DNA of 64,000 nucleotides from a virus, in the IMG/VR virus record IMGVR_UViG_3300017769_000001, positions 84,740-148,739 of that record. One strand, given 5' to 3'. The notes below the pieces were generated by a model, which did no database searches, had not been told where the DNA came from, and saw only the letters and a list, made by a program, of their open reading frames with translations. Shown piece by piece: positions 28,018 to 37,618 of the stretch; the stretch's first letter is position 1; every line of letters begins with the position of its first letter. The position numbers were made by a program, and so were the translations under genes.

Positions 28018-28683
28018 ATGAAAGTATTCGAATATCAAACATGGCGTGCGGCTGCTGTTGCATACTGGGAAGCAAAAATCGATCAAGAAGTTGATGACGC
28101 AGGTCATACTGGACTTGGGTTTAAGGATCAGCTAAAGACTGAGCTTTATGCCTTTATGGATACTCTGGATCCAGTATTCAACGCATATGCGAATGATGAC
28201 ACTCGTCGTGGGCCTTTCATCGACGTTTTGCTGGCTCTCTACAATTATGCTGTGTCTGCGTATCTGATGGTAACCCCGGAAGTTCCGGTTCCTAGCCTGT
28301 CAATACTCCCCAACGGGGTTGTGACTGACTTGTTCGCATGGTTTACGGAAGATCTACCTCCGTATGAAAACTTGTTTGAGGTCGTGTTTACGGAAGATCC
28401 AATGGCGGTTCCTCCTACAGTAACAGCAGAACTGGTTGACGTGGAGTTCTCCGGAGTGGTCGCCACCGTCGGAAATTACCTGTCGGATGATATGGCTAAT
28501 ATCGAGGGGATAACTAATCAGATCGTTGCTGCGGTTCGCGAACGAGCTGCATACATTGTATTTGCCGATGATGCAAACATTGTTCGAAATGATGGGACTG
28601 CAAAAGAAATCCTGCTGAATGATTTCCGTCTATTAGACGTCTTGAATGAGTTCGGATGGACTGTTAAAGGGATAAACGCGTAA
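28018..28683 (+). CDS. acidic hypothetical protein
   Basis: Tightly packed between the spike and PAAR genes. Confidence 0.7.
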   Translation: MKVFEYQTWRAAAVAYWEAKIDQEVDDAGHTGLGFKDQLKTELYAFMDTLDPVFNAYANDDTRRGPFIDVLLALYNYAVSAYLMVTPEVPVPSLSILPNGVVTDLFAWFTEDLPPYENLFEVVFTEDPMAVPPTVTAELVDVEFSGVVATVGNYLSDDMANIEGITNQIVAAVRERAAYIVFADDANIVRNDGTAKEILLNDFRLLDVLNEFGWTVKGINA

Positions 28684-28985
28684 TGCCACAAGTAGCAAAC
28701 CTGAATCAACTGTGTGTCGGAATTTGTTGTGCCCACCCACCAGTACCATGCATTCCAATGACCGGATTAATATCAACTGGAGCTGCGACTGTCAACGCAG
28801 AGGGGCTTCCTGTTGCTCGCATCGGTGATCTTGTCGTGTTGGCGTGTGGGCATACGTCGATTGTCATAAGCGGATCTCCTACGGTGACTGCTGAAAAGAT
28901 CCCGCTATCCCGCGTCGGAGATCTTGTCGGTGGCGTATTCACTGGTTCGATTGCAACCGGAACACCGACAGTCAATTCAAACTGA
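28683..28985 (+). CDS. PAAR spike-tip protein (gp5.4-like)
   Basis: PVARIGD, CGH, GSPTV and PLSRVGD. Confidence 0.9.
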   Translation: MPQVANLNQLCVGICCAHPPVPCIPMTGLISTGAATVNAEGLPVARIGDLVVLACGHTSIVISGSPTVTAEKIPLSRVGDLVGGVFTGSIATGTPTVNSN

Positions 28986-28992
28986 TCCCTAT

Positions 28993-29032
28993 AGACCTTC
29001 CTAAATAATCACCAAGAATTAACGGAAGGTCT
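28993..29032 (+). promoter_or_regulatory. RBS-sequestering hairpin enclosing a late promoter
   Basis: AGACCTTCC / GGAAGGTCT perfect 9-bp stem, TAAATA at 29002, ATG at 29034. Confidence 0.75.
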
Positions 29033-29033
29033 C

Positions 29034-29423
29034 ATGTCAAAATTCGTCGATTGGTCTGACATTGATTTCCGGTTTACAAAATCAAAAACCGGGAACATCA
29101 AAATCGTTGAAGGCGAAGACGCCATCAATCAGTCAATAAAACTCATTCTCTCCATTATGCGTGGTGAGAAAGTCCGTTCTGATATGGGGAGCAGCCTGTA
29201 TGCTCTTCTTTTCAACCCGATTTCCGATGAGACCGCTGAAGAAATCCAGAGCGTTATCCAGACAAACATTTCGAGATTCGATAATCGGATCTTTGTCGAA
29301 GAGGTTAGCGTTATACCGAATCTGAATCAGAAGTACTACGAAATTGTTATCTCATACAGAATCAGACCCTCTATGAGTAAGAAGAATCTGACGACATACA
29401 TGCCAGCCATGGGAGGTTTGTGA
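29034..29423 (+). CDS. gp25: baseplate wedge protein (gp25-like)
   Basis: SDIDFRF, AINQSIK.IL...RGEK...MGSSLYALLF and FDNRI. Confidence 0.9.
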   Translation: MSKFVDWSDIDFRFTKSKTGNIKIVEGEDAINQSIKLILSIMRGEKVRSDMGSSLYALLFNPISDETAEEIQSVIQTNISRFDNRIFVEEVSVIPNLNQKYYEIVISYRIRPSMSKKNLTTYMPAMGGL

Positions 29424-29424
29424 A

Positions 29425-31632
29425 GTGGCAACAAATAACGTAACAAATTATGATTATCAAGACCTGAGATCAAGAATTCAGGAAAAGCTGAAAAATAAAC
29501 AGGGCTGGGGTGATGGTTATGAGTCTACTGTTGGTCAGATCCTGATCGATACACTCGCAGATGCGGCTGATAACCTCTCATATATGCTTGAGCGTCGTTC
29601 TCAGGAGAGTTTTCAGACAACCGCACGCCTCCGTTCCTCTGTTGCTTCACGTGCCTCTGAGCTTGGCTACAGAAGCCGTAGAGCATCAGCAGCAAACGGG
29701 TATGTCACACTTCGTCTTGTTGACGAAAGCGGTGTTGCCAAGCCTGTAGCCGCTGGTGGTGAGGTTGTTATACCCGAAGGCACTCCGATGACATTCGATG
29801 ATGAAGCATTTTATACGACTGCTGAATATATCATCGAAGAAGGCATGTCAGAAATTGAGATGGCTGTTTCTCAGGGTGTTGTTGAGACATTGACATTCAA
29901 CCCGGCTACTGAAGAAACGTTCACTTCCAGTCAGTACATTCTGATTCCGGATTATGAATACATCGACGAAAACAGCATTGTGGTTATTTCCGAGGGTATT
30001 GAATACCGGGACGTAAAAGAACTCGACCAGCAGGATGGTATTGGGATTGGTGCTTTGTCGTTCGCCGGGGTTCGCACCCAAGACGGATCCAGTGCTTACT
30101 ATGACATCCGATACGCACATGACGGTATGCGTATCCAATTTGGTGATGATCTCTTCGGTAGAACACCGGAAGCCGCCATCACAGTAACCATCGTTCGTAC
30201 GAAGGGTGAGCAGGTTCGTGTTCTGTCGGTCAACAACGAATTCAGATTCGGGTTTGACACATTCAGTGATGGTATTAACGTAACACCACCGAACGAATAC
30301 GAATACCTGATGACTAACAACACACAGATTGTTGGTGGTCGTGCTCCAGAGACGCTGGAAGAGATTCGTACGAATGCTCCGCTGTTCATCACAACCAACA
30401 ACCGAGCTGTTTCACTTGATGGTTACGGTTACTGGGCACGTCGTTCGAATATCGGTGGTATTATCGACTCACGTGCGTTCGCAGAGAGTGAAATTGATAC
30501 CCTGCTGTACAATATCAACAACGTTTACATCGCATACCTAACAGAAACCGGTGTTGAACTTTCTGTCCAACAGAAACAGGATCTGATTGATTTCATCAAA
30601 GAGCGCGACGTTGCACTGGCGCATATCGTCCCTCGCCCTGCTTCTGAAATTCAGCTGGGGATGGATTTATCTGTAAAAAGAAATGCAGAGCTTCAAATTG
30701 CACCGGAAGATCTCTACCTGATTATCCGTGCATATATCATGGAGTACTACAAGCGTCGTGAAGGATCCATCGGTATCGAATACCAGAAGTCCGATTTTAT
30801 CAGGGATGCATATAATTTGCAGACTCGGGTTGCCGGTGTTGATTATAACGTCGTCGATTTTATTGACGTCGATATTTTCGCGTACCAGATTGCCGAATAC
30901 CCACTGGAAGTGAACGACTGCTTGATTCGTCTGAGAAACGACGGAGCTACTGCGCAGGTTGGTGATGAATTCACTCTGCTGATTGATAACACCCCATACA
31001 CAGTAACCGTTGAAGCAGATGACCTCAACACCGGGGAATTCTACGTAAACATGCTGTTCAAAATGCGCGATTACCTGTACACGGTAACCGAGCTGATCTC
31101 TGCGGTTAATGTGACCACTGATGGTGTGAATAACGAATTCATTCTTCAGATCAAAACTCGTGATGGTCTGGGTGGATTCAGAATTGATACAAACGCCGGG
31201 GATTTTGCAGCAGACACCATCGTAAACTTCAAGCTGCAAATCCATCCGAAGATCTTCAACAACGAGTTTGAGGATATTCTTCTCCGTAACGGTGTGTACA
31301 TCACAGATTCCAATGGCGATGTTCTGTATTACGACAACGGGGAAGGTTTCTGGGTTGATGCAGATACTGGCGACATTATCAATCTCGATCCTCAGAATAC
31401 CGGTGGTGGTTCTGGTGGTGAAGCAGAAATCCCAACTCAGATGATCGACTACATTACTGCGAACCTTACTCTGCCGACATTGCCTACTGGCACGTATTAC
31501 GTGAAATACCGTCAGGATAAGTATGAGAACTTCAAAGCAAACAGTGCGACGGCGGTTACACTGATTCCACCGAAGGAAGAATACGATGATGTTGCAGAGA
31601 CATTCACGAAAATCAATCTGATTCCGGTGTAA
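29425..31632 (+). CDS. gp6: baseplate wedge protein (gp6-like)
   Basis: YDYQDLR, TARLRSSV...A.ELGY, IQFGDD.FGR and ETLEEIR.NAP...NRAVS. Confidence 0.9.
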   Translation: MATNNVTNYDYQDLRSRIQEKLKNKQGWGDGYESTVGQILIDTLADAADNLSYMLERRSQESFQTTARLRSSVASRASELGYRSRRASAANGYVTLRLVDESGVAKPVAAGGEVVIPEGTPMTFDDEAFYTTAEYIIEEGMSEIEMAVSQGVVETLTFNPATEETFTSSQYILIPDYEYIDENSIVVISEGIEYRDVKELDQQDGIGIGALSFAGVRTQDGSSAYYDIRYAHDGMRIQFGDDLFGRTPEAAITVTIVRTKGEQVRVLSVNNEFRFGFDTFSDGINVTPPNEYEYLMTNNTQIVGGRAPETLEEIRTNAPLFITTNNRAVSLDGYGYWARRSNIGGIIDSRAFAESEIDTLLYNINNVYIAYLTETGVELSVQQKQDLIDFIKERDVALAHIVPRPASEIQLGMDLSVKRNAELQIAPEDLYLIIRAYIMEYYKRREGSIGIEYQKSDFIRDAYNLQTRVAGVDYNVVDFIDVDIFAYQIAEYPLEVNDCLIRLRNDGATAQVGDEFTLLIDNTPYTVTVEADDLNTGEFYVNMLFKMRDYLYTVTELISAVNVTTDGVNNEFILQIKTRDGLGGFRIDTNAGDFAADTIVNFKLQIHPKIFNNEFEDILLRNGVYITDSNGDVLYYDNGEGFWVDADTGDIINLDPQNTGGGSGGEAEIPTQMIDYITANLTLPTLPTGTYYVKYRQDKYENFKANSATAVTLIPPKEEYDDVAETFTKINLIPV

Positions 31633-31641
31633 GGATAGGTT

Positions 31642-33135
31642 ATGGCTGAAGAAACAAAAGACATGATTGAGGCGGTTAAGGATAACACGCCTGCTGCCTT
31701 GAAGAATAATGATCTGATCGATCAATATCTCGATGTGGTGGGTGAGGTATTCGAAGAAATCCGTCAAGATATCAGGTACAAGTCATTCGAGACTGATTAT
31801 GCGAATGCCAAGCCTGAGACACTCGTTCGGGTTGCTGCTGACCTTGGGTTCAATCTATCCCCAAAACTCCGCCCATCTGTCCTGAGACGGATTATACGGG
31901 ACGCTCAGGAAGTGTTCAGTCGAATGGGTACAAGGGAGTCTCTTGTATGGGCTTTGAAGACTGTAGGCTACCGAAGCTACGATATCGACGAAGTCTGGAT
32001 CCCTAACCCGGATCTACTTCGAATTGGTTACTTCCGTGAACTGAATTCAACTTCAGACCCCCGTCGATATGAAGTTCGGAAGGGTAGCTATAGTGATTTT
32101 GTCGTCGGTGAAGAATATGTAACTGCCCAAGGTACATTCTTCCAAGGGTATGTTTACAACGACTTCGAAAAAGGAGAACCGATCAACAATATTCCGATTT
32201 ACGGTGAGCGGTATTCCACTTACACTGGGCTATCTTTCAAGGATATGGTTAGTAAAACCCCGTATATCCTCGTTCGCTTGTATGATCCCCCAGAGTATGA
32301 CGACGTTATTGCTGACACTGATCCGGTGACTGGTGATCCTGTATTTGTTGATATTCAGGAAAAACAGAGAATCGTAATTAACACGATCAGAACTCTGATT
32401 CAGGAATTACAGAGAACGGCAACCACAAAGGTAATTCTGGTTACAGACCTACTTATTTTTGATGATCTGATTACTCGGGTTATTGATCAAATCGAATTCA
32501 CAACATCCACATTTGGATTTGAGTGGGTTGATGAAATTCCTTCTGTGTCTGACACACTGTCATTCACCTCCGTTGGCGATCCTCTGAATTTCGTTGATGT
32601 TGTTGATGAAATTCTGGATAACTTCCAGCTGACATCCCAGTACGGGGATATTAACTGGTCAGATGCCGTTGATGTGACGCTTGACAATTATCTGCAAGAC
32701 GGATCGATCATTTCGGCATACGATTCCCCGTATCTGACTGTTGGCAATAAACTGCCAATCGGATCTGGATACCCTGTACCTGCAACTGGAGAATACACCG
32801 GGTATTTCAAGGTTGGGATTGTTGATAGCTCTGTCAGAGAAATAAATGATGGTGTCCGTGGTGTTAACGAATCCCATGAAGTTGTTAAACCACCTGCCGG
32901 ATATGAACACATCGTTTATCTGGACTACAATGCAAATGTCCAATTCACAGCACCATCAGACTCGGCTGTTGTTGTGAGAAGAGTCGACAATTACCAATAC
33001 AGTACGGGTAGTACGACGATAACTACTGTTAACGCAGGTTCGTCGTTCAACCAGAATATCACCGACAGTCACGCGCTGATTCTGGAATTCCAGAGTGAGA
33101 GTGTTGAAAAGACGGCAATCACAGTTTCTTACTAA
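31642..33135 (+). CDS. baseplate wedge protein (gp7/gpI-like)
   Basis: L..VAADLG and RMGT.ESL..AL; follows gp6. Confidence 0.65.
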   Translation: MAEETKDMIEAVKDNTPAALKNNDLIDQYLDVVGEVFEEIRQDIRYKSFETDYANAKPETLVRVAADLGFNLSPKLRPSVLRRIIRDAQEVFSRMGTRESLVWALKTVGYRSYDIDEVWIPNPDLLRIGYFRELNSTSDPRRYEVRKGSYSDFVVGEEYVTAQGTFFQGYVYNDFEKGEPINNIPIYGERYSTYTGLSFKDMVSKTPYILVRLYDPPEYDDVIADTDPVTGDPVFVDIQEKQRIVINTIRTLIQELQRTATTKVILVTDLLIFDDLITRVIDQIEFTTSTFGFEWVDEIPSVSDTLSFTSVGDPLNFVDVVDEILDNFQLTSQYGDINWSDAVDVTLDNYLQDGSIISAYDSPYLTVGNKLPIGSGYPVPATGEYTGYFKVGIVDSSVREINDGVRGVNESHEVVKPPAGYEHIVYLDYNANVQFTAPSDSAVVVRRVDNYQYSTGSTTITTVNAGSSFNQNITDSHALILEFQSESVEKTAITVSY

Positions 33136-33147
33136 GAGAGTAACGCA

Positions 33148-33678
33148 ATGAGCAAATTTGACGAAACAATGAAACCGATGAAAGGCAAGCTTCAGCTTAT
33201 TTTCAGAGATCGAAACACTGGTGAAATTCTTGACGTGGAAGACGACAATAACATCTTCCTGAACCTCGGAATGTCTCAGATGCTTCGTGCAATTACCACA
33301 CCGGCTCCTTCTGGTGGCGCGGTTCAATACATTCTTCAGGAATTTTCAATCGGTGATGATATCGGTAGTGGTTCGCTTCTGAACCCTGAACCAGCACAAG
33401 CAACATACACCGCTGCGAACCAGAACGTAGTATATACTGTTCCTTATGCTGATCTGACGATCAACTACCCGAACTACTACACTACTGAGATTTCTCTGGT
33501 TCTGGATGGTAACGCTGTGATGGCACAATATCCTTCACAAGTCGATCTTCGATTCTCAAGTGCTGCACTGTACAGCGGTGGTGGCGATCCATTCGCATAT
33601 CGTCGTTTCCAAACACGTACGATAACTCGTGAGATCACCATCGACGTTAAATGGACACTGTACTTCGACGGTCAGTAA
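33148..33678 (+). CDS. baseplate/fibre attachment protein
   Basis: KGKLQL...DNNIFLN.G, IGD, AALY...FAYRRF...KWTLYF; last gene of the wedge operon. Confidence 0.6.
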   Translation: MSKFDETMKPMKGKLQLIFRDRNTGEILDVEDDNNIFLNLGMSQMLRAITTPAPSGGAVQYILQEFSIGDDIGSGSLLNPEPAQATYTAANQNVVYTVPYADLTINYPNYYTTEISLVLDGNAVMAQYPSQVDLRFSSAALYSGGGDPFAYRRFQTRTITREITIDVKWTLYFDGQ

Positions 33679-33687
33679 ACCAAACGA

Positions 33688-35214
33688 TCAGACAAAGATG
33701 CCTACCTCGTAGGCATCTTGTTCTTGATCATAGCTCACTTCACTCATCTTTTCGTACGCACTTTCTTCATAGTCGCCAATCTGTTCAAGCAACAGCATCA
33801 TCAGAACAGCAGCCATACACAAGTCATCCGTTTTACCGGATTCAGCGGCAAAGCTCCCTTTGTTCTTCACGAAGAATTTCAGCTCGTTTATCAGGTATGA
33901 ACTTTTAATTGTGTATTTCTCAAGCTCAACCATATCCTTCAGACGCTGACACCCGTGTGGTTTTGTTTTGGTATTGGTTGGCATACCGAGCTTATTCGGA
34001 TAATCAACGTGAGAAATAAACGTGGCACTGTCCAGAGCTTCTGAATCTGTGTTCTGAAGCAGGTTGATGACACCCATACCGATACTGTTATTCTCAACCG
34101 TGTAATAAACTTCAGCTGCACCCATACGGAAGCAGAGGTCGATTACGCTGATGATTGCTTTCACATAATGAGTTTGCGTCAGTGTGTTATTCCGATATTC
34201 GCCAACCTGAACGAAATTATCAACGTCGGTTATATGCATTGCGTGGTAGTCTTTACCAATACCTTCGGATACGTCGATACTGATCGCAATATTCTTCCCT
34301 TTGAGATCCTTTTCCCACATGTAAAGGGAATCGTCAGGATAGAATATCGGGTCTTCTGATTTCATATCCTCCAGTATCTGGGAATTAATCAGAGTTCCCT
34401 TGTCGGAAATAAAATGGTTGCAGAATTCCTGAAGGAATTTCGTTAAACCGAATTTGGAAATCATATCCTTTTTGAATTTTTCTGTACGTCCGGGAACTTC
34501 GTCGTATTTCACTTCAACAGGGAAGAAACCGTTTGTACCAGCCACAGCACCAAACCAGATAGACGAGAACAGGTCTCCAGAACCGTTCGGGGTTGATGTG
34601 ATGATCAGTTTTACGTCGGCATCCTCACCTTCGGCAGTCAACGATGGCAACAGACCACCCCAGAACTCTTCAGCAACAGAAGGCTTTACGAACGCAAGCT
34701 CGTCGATGTAGATGATCTTTGGTGTGTTACCACGGAAGGTATTTTCTCGGGTCACCTGAGCTTCGATAGAACTGCCGTTCGTAAATGCCACAGAATACCT
34801 GTTGTACTCGATTACAGGAGGTTTTAGCCAGAAGGGAAGGTTCTCATAGGCAAACTTAAAACGAGCCATGAGGTCTTTACAGTTAGCCAGCTTGTACGAA
34901 GTCACACCAACCTTCATATCCTGATTGAAGATCATTTCATGCAGCAGGTAACCAACCGTACTGGTCGACTTACCAGTCTGACGCCCAGAAAGCAGACAGA
35001 CGAAATCGTTGTTCTCGATCCCACGATAGAATCTCTTCTGGTATGGGCGGGGGTTAAATAAAACACGGCCACGCTGACCTTGCGTGTAAACGTAAGTCTT
35101 CAGGAAGTAATCAAGGTTATCTGCACAGCGAATCCATTCTTTCTCTTGGTCTTCTGTCAGATCTTGATCGTCCTTCGGCTTCTTCACCGATAGTTGTTCG
35201 TGATCGTAATTCAT
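33688..35214 (-). CDS. gp17: terminase large subunit (gp17-like)
   Basis: PRPYQ, GRQTGKST, YIDELAF, TSTPNG, DVSEG.GKDY and DDLCMA. Confidence 0.95.
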   Translation of the reverse strand: MNYDHEQLSVKKPKDDQDLTEDQEKEWIRCADNLDYFLKTYVYTQGQRGRVLFNPRPYQKRFYRGIENNDFVCLLSGRQTGKSTSTVGYLLHEMIFNQDMKVGVTSYKLANCKDLMARFKFAYENLPFWLKPPVIEYNRYSVAFTNGSSIEAQVTRENTFRGNTPKIIYIDELAFVKPSVAEEFWGGLLPSLTAEGEDADVKLIITSTPNGSGDLFSSIWFGAVAGTNGFFPVEVKYDEVPGRTEKFKKDMISKFGLTKFLQEFCNHFISDKGTLINSQILEDMKSEDPIFYPDDSLYMWEKDLKGKNIAISIDVSEGIGKDYHAMHITDVDNFVQVGEYRNNTLTQTHYVKAIISVIDLCFRMGAAEVYYTVENNSIGMGVINLLQNTDSEALDSATFISHVDYPNKLGMPTNTKTKPHGCQRLKDMVELEKYTIKSSYLINELKFFVKNKGSFAAESGKTDDLCMAAVLMMLLLEQIGDYEESAYEKMSEVSYDQEQDAYEVGIFV

Positions 35215-35306
35215 TTTCTTATAGCCTCCGATAAACAATATTTATCGTCAGATCAGGGGCTAAATAAAGGCACAATAATCCAGTCAAAATTTCACAGGAT
35301 AGGTAT

Positions 35307-37442
35307 ATGAGCGTTTCAGACAACATTGATTACATTCAGAACGGCGAAAACATTGATGAGGTTGTTCTGAATCGTCCTTCACAGCAACTAGCGGAGGCAC
35401 TTGACAGTCTTTCTCTGGCAGATGCCATCAAGAAAGAATCCACTATGATGTTGGACTTCGCAAACAATGAATATCGTTTGTACGAAGGTGATGATGGGCA
35501 GACGTGGCTACCGTTTGAAGAAGTCATGGAAGTTAACCGTGCTTCAGTGGCAACTTATATCGATGGTACTGGGAGACTACGGTATGCAGGCATCAATGAG
35601 AAACGCATTGCTTATGACGGTAAAGATCCGGTTGGCATTCTTGCTGAAGAGCAGCGTACGAATTATCTGAGAAACTCCGAAAACTTTCTCGCCAATTGGG
35701 GTGCTGGACGCGCATCAATTGAACCATACGCAGCTATCGCGCCAGATGGTCGAAAAACTGCTGCAAAAATTACCGCAACCGAAAATAACGCATCTGGTTA
35801 CTATATCTACCAATCTGTGTCATCTCCAAGCCCCGGATCCGACTTCTGTTTTTCTTTCTTTGTTAAGCCGCAACCGTCTTCAAATTATTGCTTGGCGATT
35901 GTTTATGATGGTGGTTCAAATGGTTGCCGTCAGTGGTTTGATCTTGAAAATGGAGTTCCAGCCACCACAAACGTTTTTGGTGCAGGGTTTTCTGTTATTT
36001 CTTCAGACGTTGAATCACTTGATGACGGGTGGTATCGATGCAGTATGGTTGTTACTACAAGCGGCAGTACAATTCGCCCCCAAATATATCCAACTTCTGG
36101 TACATCTCAAGGGCAATATAACGCAGTTGCTGGGGATTATGGTTATGTATGGGGTGCTCAGTTGGAAGCCGGATCCATCCCAACCAGCTACATCCCATCA
36201 ACTGATACATTCACCAGCAGGGCATCAGCAGCGACGTATTTTGATTCTGAAGGCATTCTTCGTACTGCTGGGTACAATGTCGCTCGTGATAATGCTTACG
36301 GATTTGATAACCGTGGTCGTATTGTTCCTATTGGACTATTGCTGGAGCCACAAAGAGCTAACTTGTTTACGTGGAGTGAAGATGCCACCACCGGCACTGG
36401 TACTGTAACCACAATCAATACAAACTCTGCAATAGCTCCAGACGGAACCATGACTGCTGACGATATCGTCGACAATTCGACTGGAGAATCTCTATACTGG
36501 CAGAAAACACGGTTCGGTGCTACGGCTACAGAATATGCTGCTGGTTCTTATTCTGGATCTCTTTTCCTCAAAAAGAAAGATGAGAGATATGTTCGGGTAA
36601 ACTTCCAGATTTATGGGACATCAACTTTCGCCGCAAACCTTGATATTGACTTCGACGAAAAAACAGTAACTCCAATCGCCGATGCCAAGATCGACTACGA
36701 ATGGCTTCCGGGTGATTGGGTTCGGGTGTCATTGTTAGTAACAACTACGACAACAAACCAATATTGTCGTTTGCTTGTATACCCGGCAATGTCATCTGGA
36801 GGATATAACGCGGCTCTGACAGGAGGGGTTTATGTCTGGGGTGCACAGTTTGAAGCTGGAGAATATGCAACTTCTTACATTCCAACCGAAGATGCCGAGA
36901 CTACTCGGTCTGCCGACATCGCGAACTCGGCACAGAGCACTCGTATTGTTGATGATGTGAAGCGTAAACTGACTTCCGAATTTTCTGATAGTTCTGATGC
37001 TACCATTATTCTGGAGTTCAAATATTACGGAGTTGATGCTGGTTCATCAGCTTATGGTATTTTCACTATCGGCGGCGAAGACCCATCTGTAGCCGATGAC
37101 AGATTCTTCGAAGTTATTGTTGCCGGTAATACGAAACTTCTGAGAATTCAAATGCCCGGTGCAACACCAGCTTCATACGACATCAGAAATATTCTGTTTG
37201 GAGAAACGGTTCGTCTTGCGGTTACTTGGAATTCTCAGGGGTCTGCTGTTTCTATAAACGGCGAACCAGTGATTACATCAACCGCAACTCCACAATCAAT
37301 TCAGAAATCGAAATACACTTACATGCGGTTTACTGATCTGATCGGAGAGGCGATTCGTCGTACAAACATCGGAATGAAGACTGTGATGTACACTCCAAAG
37401 TATACGGATCCTTCAAAACTGAGTGGACTATCGGCGGTGTAA
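35307..37442 (+). CDS. tail fibre/spike protein with two tandem spike-fibre domains
   Basis: N-terminal YIQNGE...LNRP; RAS.ATY...E.QR.N...WGAQ.EAG...TSYIP block twice; LamG-like C-terminus. Confidence 0.75.
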   Translation: MSVSDNIDYIQNGENIDEVVLNRPSQQLAEALDSLSLADAIKKESTMMLDFANNEYRLYEGDDGQTWLPFEEVMEVNRASVATYIDGTGRLRYAGINEKRIAYDGKDPVGILAEEQRTNYLRNSENFLANWGAGRASIEPYAAIAPDGRKTAAKITATENNASGYYIYQSVSSPSPGSDFCFSFFVKPQPSSNYCLAIVYDGGSNGCRQWFDLENGVPATTNVFGAGFSVISSDVESLDDGWYRCSMVVTTSGSTIRPQIYPTSGTSQGQYNAVAGDYGYVWGAQLEAGSIPTSYIPSTDTFTSRASAATYFDSEGILRTAGYNVARDNAYGFDNRGRIVPIGLLLEPQRANLFTWSEDATTGTGTVTTINTNSAIAPDGTMTADDIVDNSTGESLYWQKTRFGATATEYAAGSYSGSLFLKKKDERYVRVNFQIYGTSTFAANLDIDFDEKTVTPIADAKIDYEWLPGDWVRVSLLVTTTTTNQYCRLLVYPAMSSGGYNAALTGGVYVWGAQFEAGEYATSYIPTEDAETTRSADIANSAQSTRIVDDVKRKLTSEFSDSSDATIILEFKYYGVDAGSSAYGIFTIGGEDPSVADDRFFEVIVAGNTKLLRIQMPGATPASYDIRNILFGETVRLAVTWNSQGSAVSINGEPVITSTATPQSIQKSKYTYMRFTDLIGEAIRRTNIGMKTVMYTPKYTDPSKLSGLSAV

Positions 37443-37445
37443 TCT

Positions 37446-37583
37446 ATGAAATACGTAGCAGCAGAAATCTCAAAAAAGAGTAAGGCAACGGTTCAGGATA
37501 TCATTGATAAGGTTCCTGACAAATATGTTGATGCTAAAACGCTTTACGAATATCTCGAACTGAAGCGTACAGGGCAAATCTAA
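37446..37583 (+). CDS. 45-aa standalone fibre docking-module peptide (not in the ORF track)
   Basis: MKYVAAEISKKSKATVQDIIDKVPDKYVDAKTLYEYL aligns with the N-termini of 37619 and 38951. Confidence 0.75.
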   Translation: MKYVAAEISKKSKATVQDIIDKVPDKYVDAKTLYEYLELKRTGQI

Positions 37584-37618
37584 ATAGCTGAGAATCAAAA
37601 AAAGGCACCAGTAGCATT

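Noticed and set aside
30667-31767. 366-aa minus-strand ORF
   Set aside because: Antisense shadow of gp6 with no recognisable motifs
35701-36408. 235-aa alternative-frame ORF inside the fibre gene
   Set aside because: Leu/Gln/Met-rich composition typical of an off-frame reading; no clear RBS
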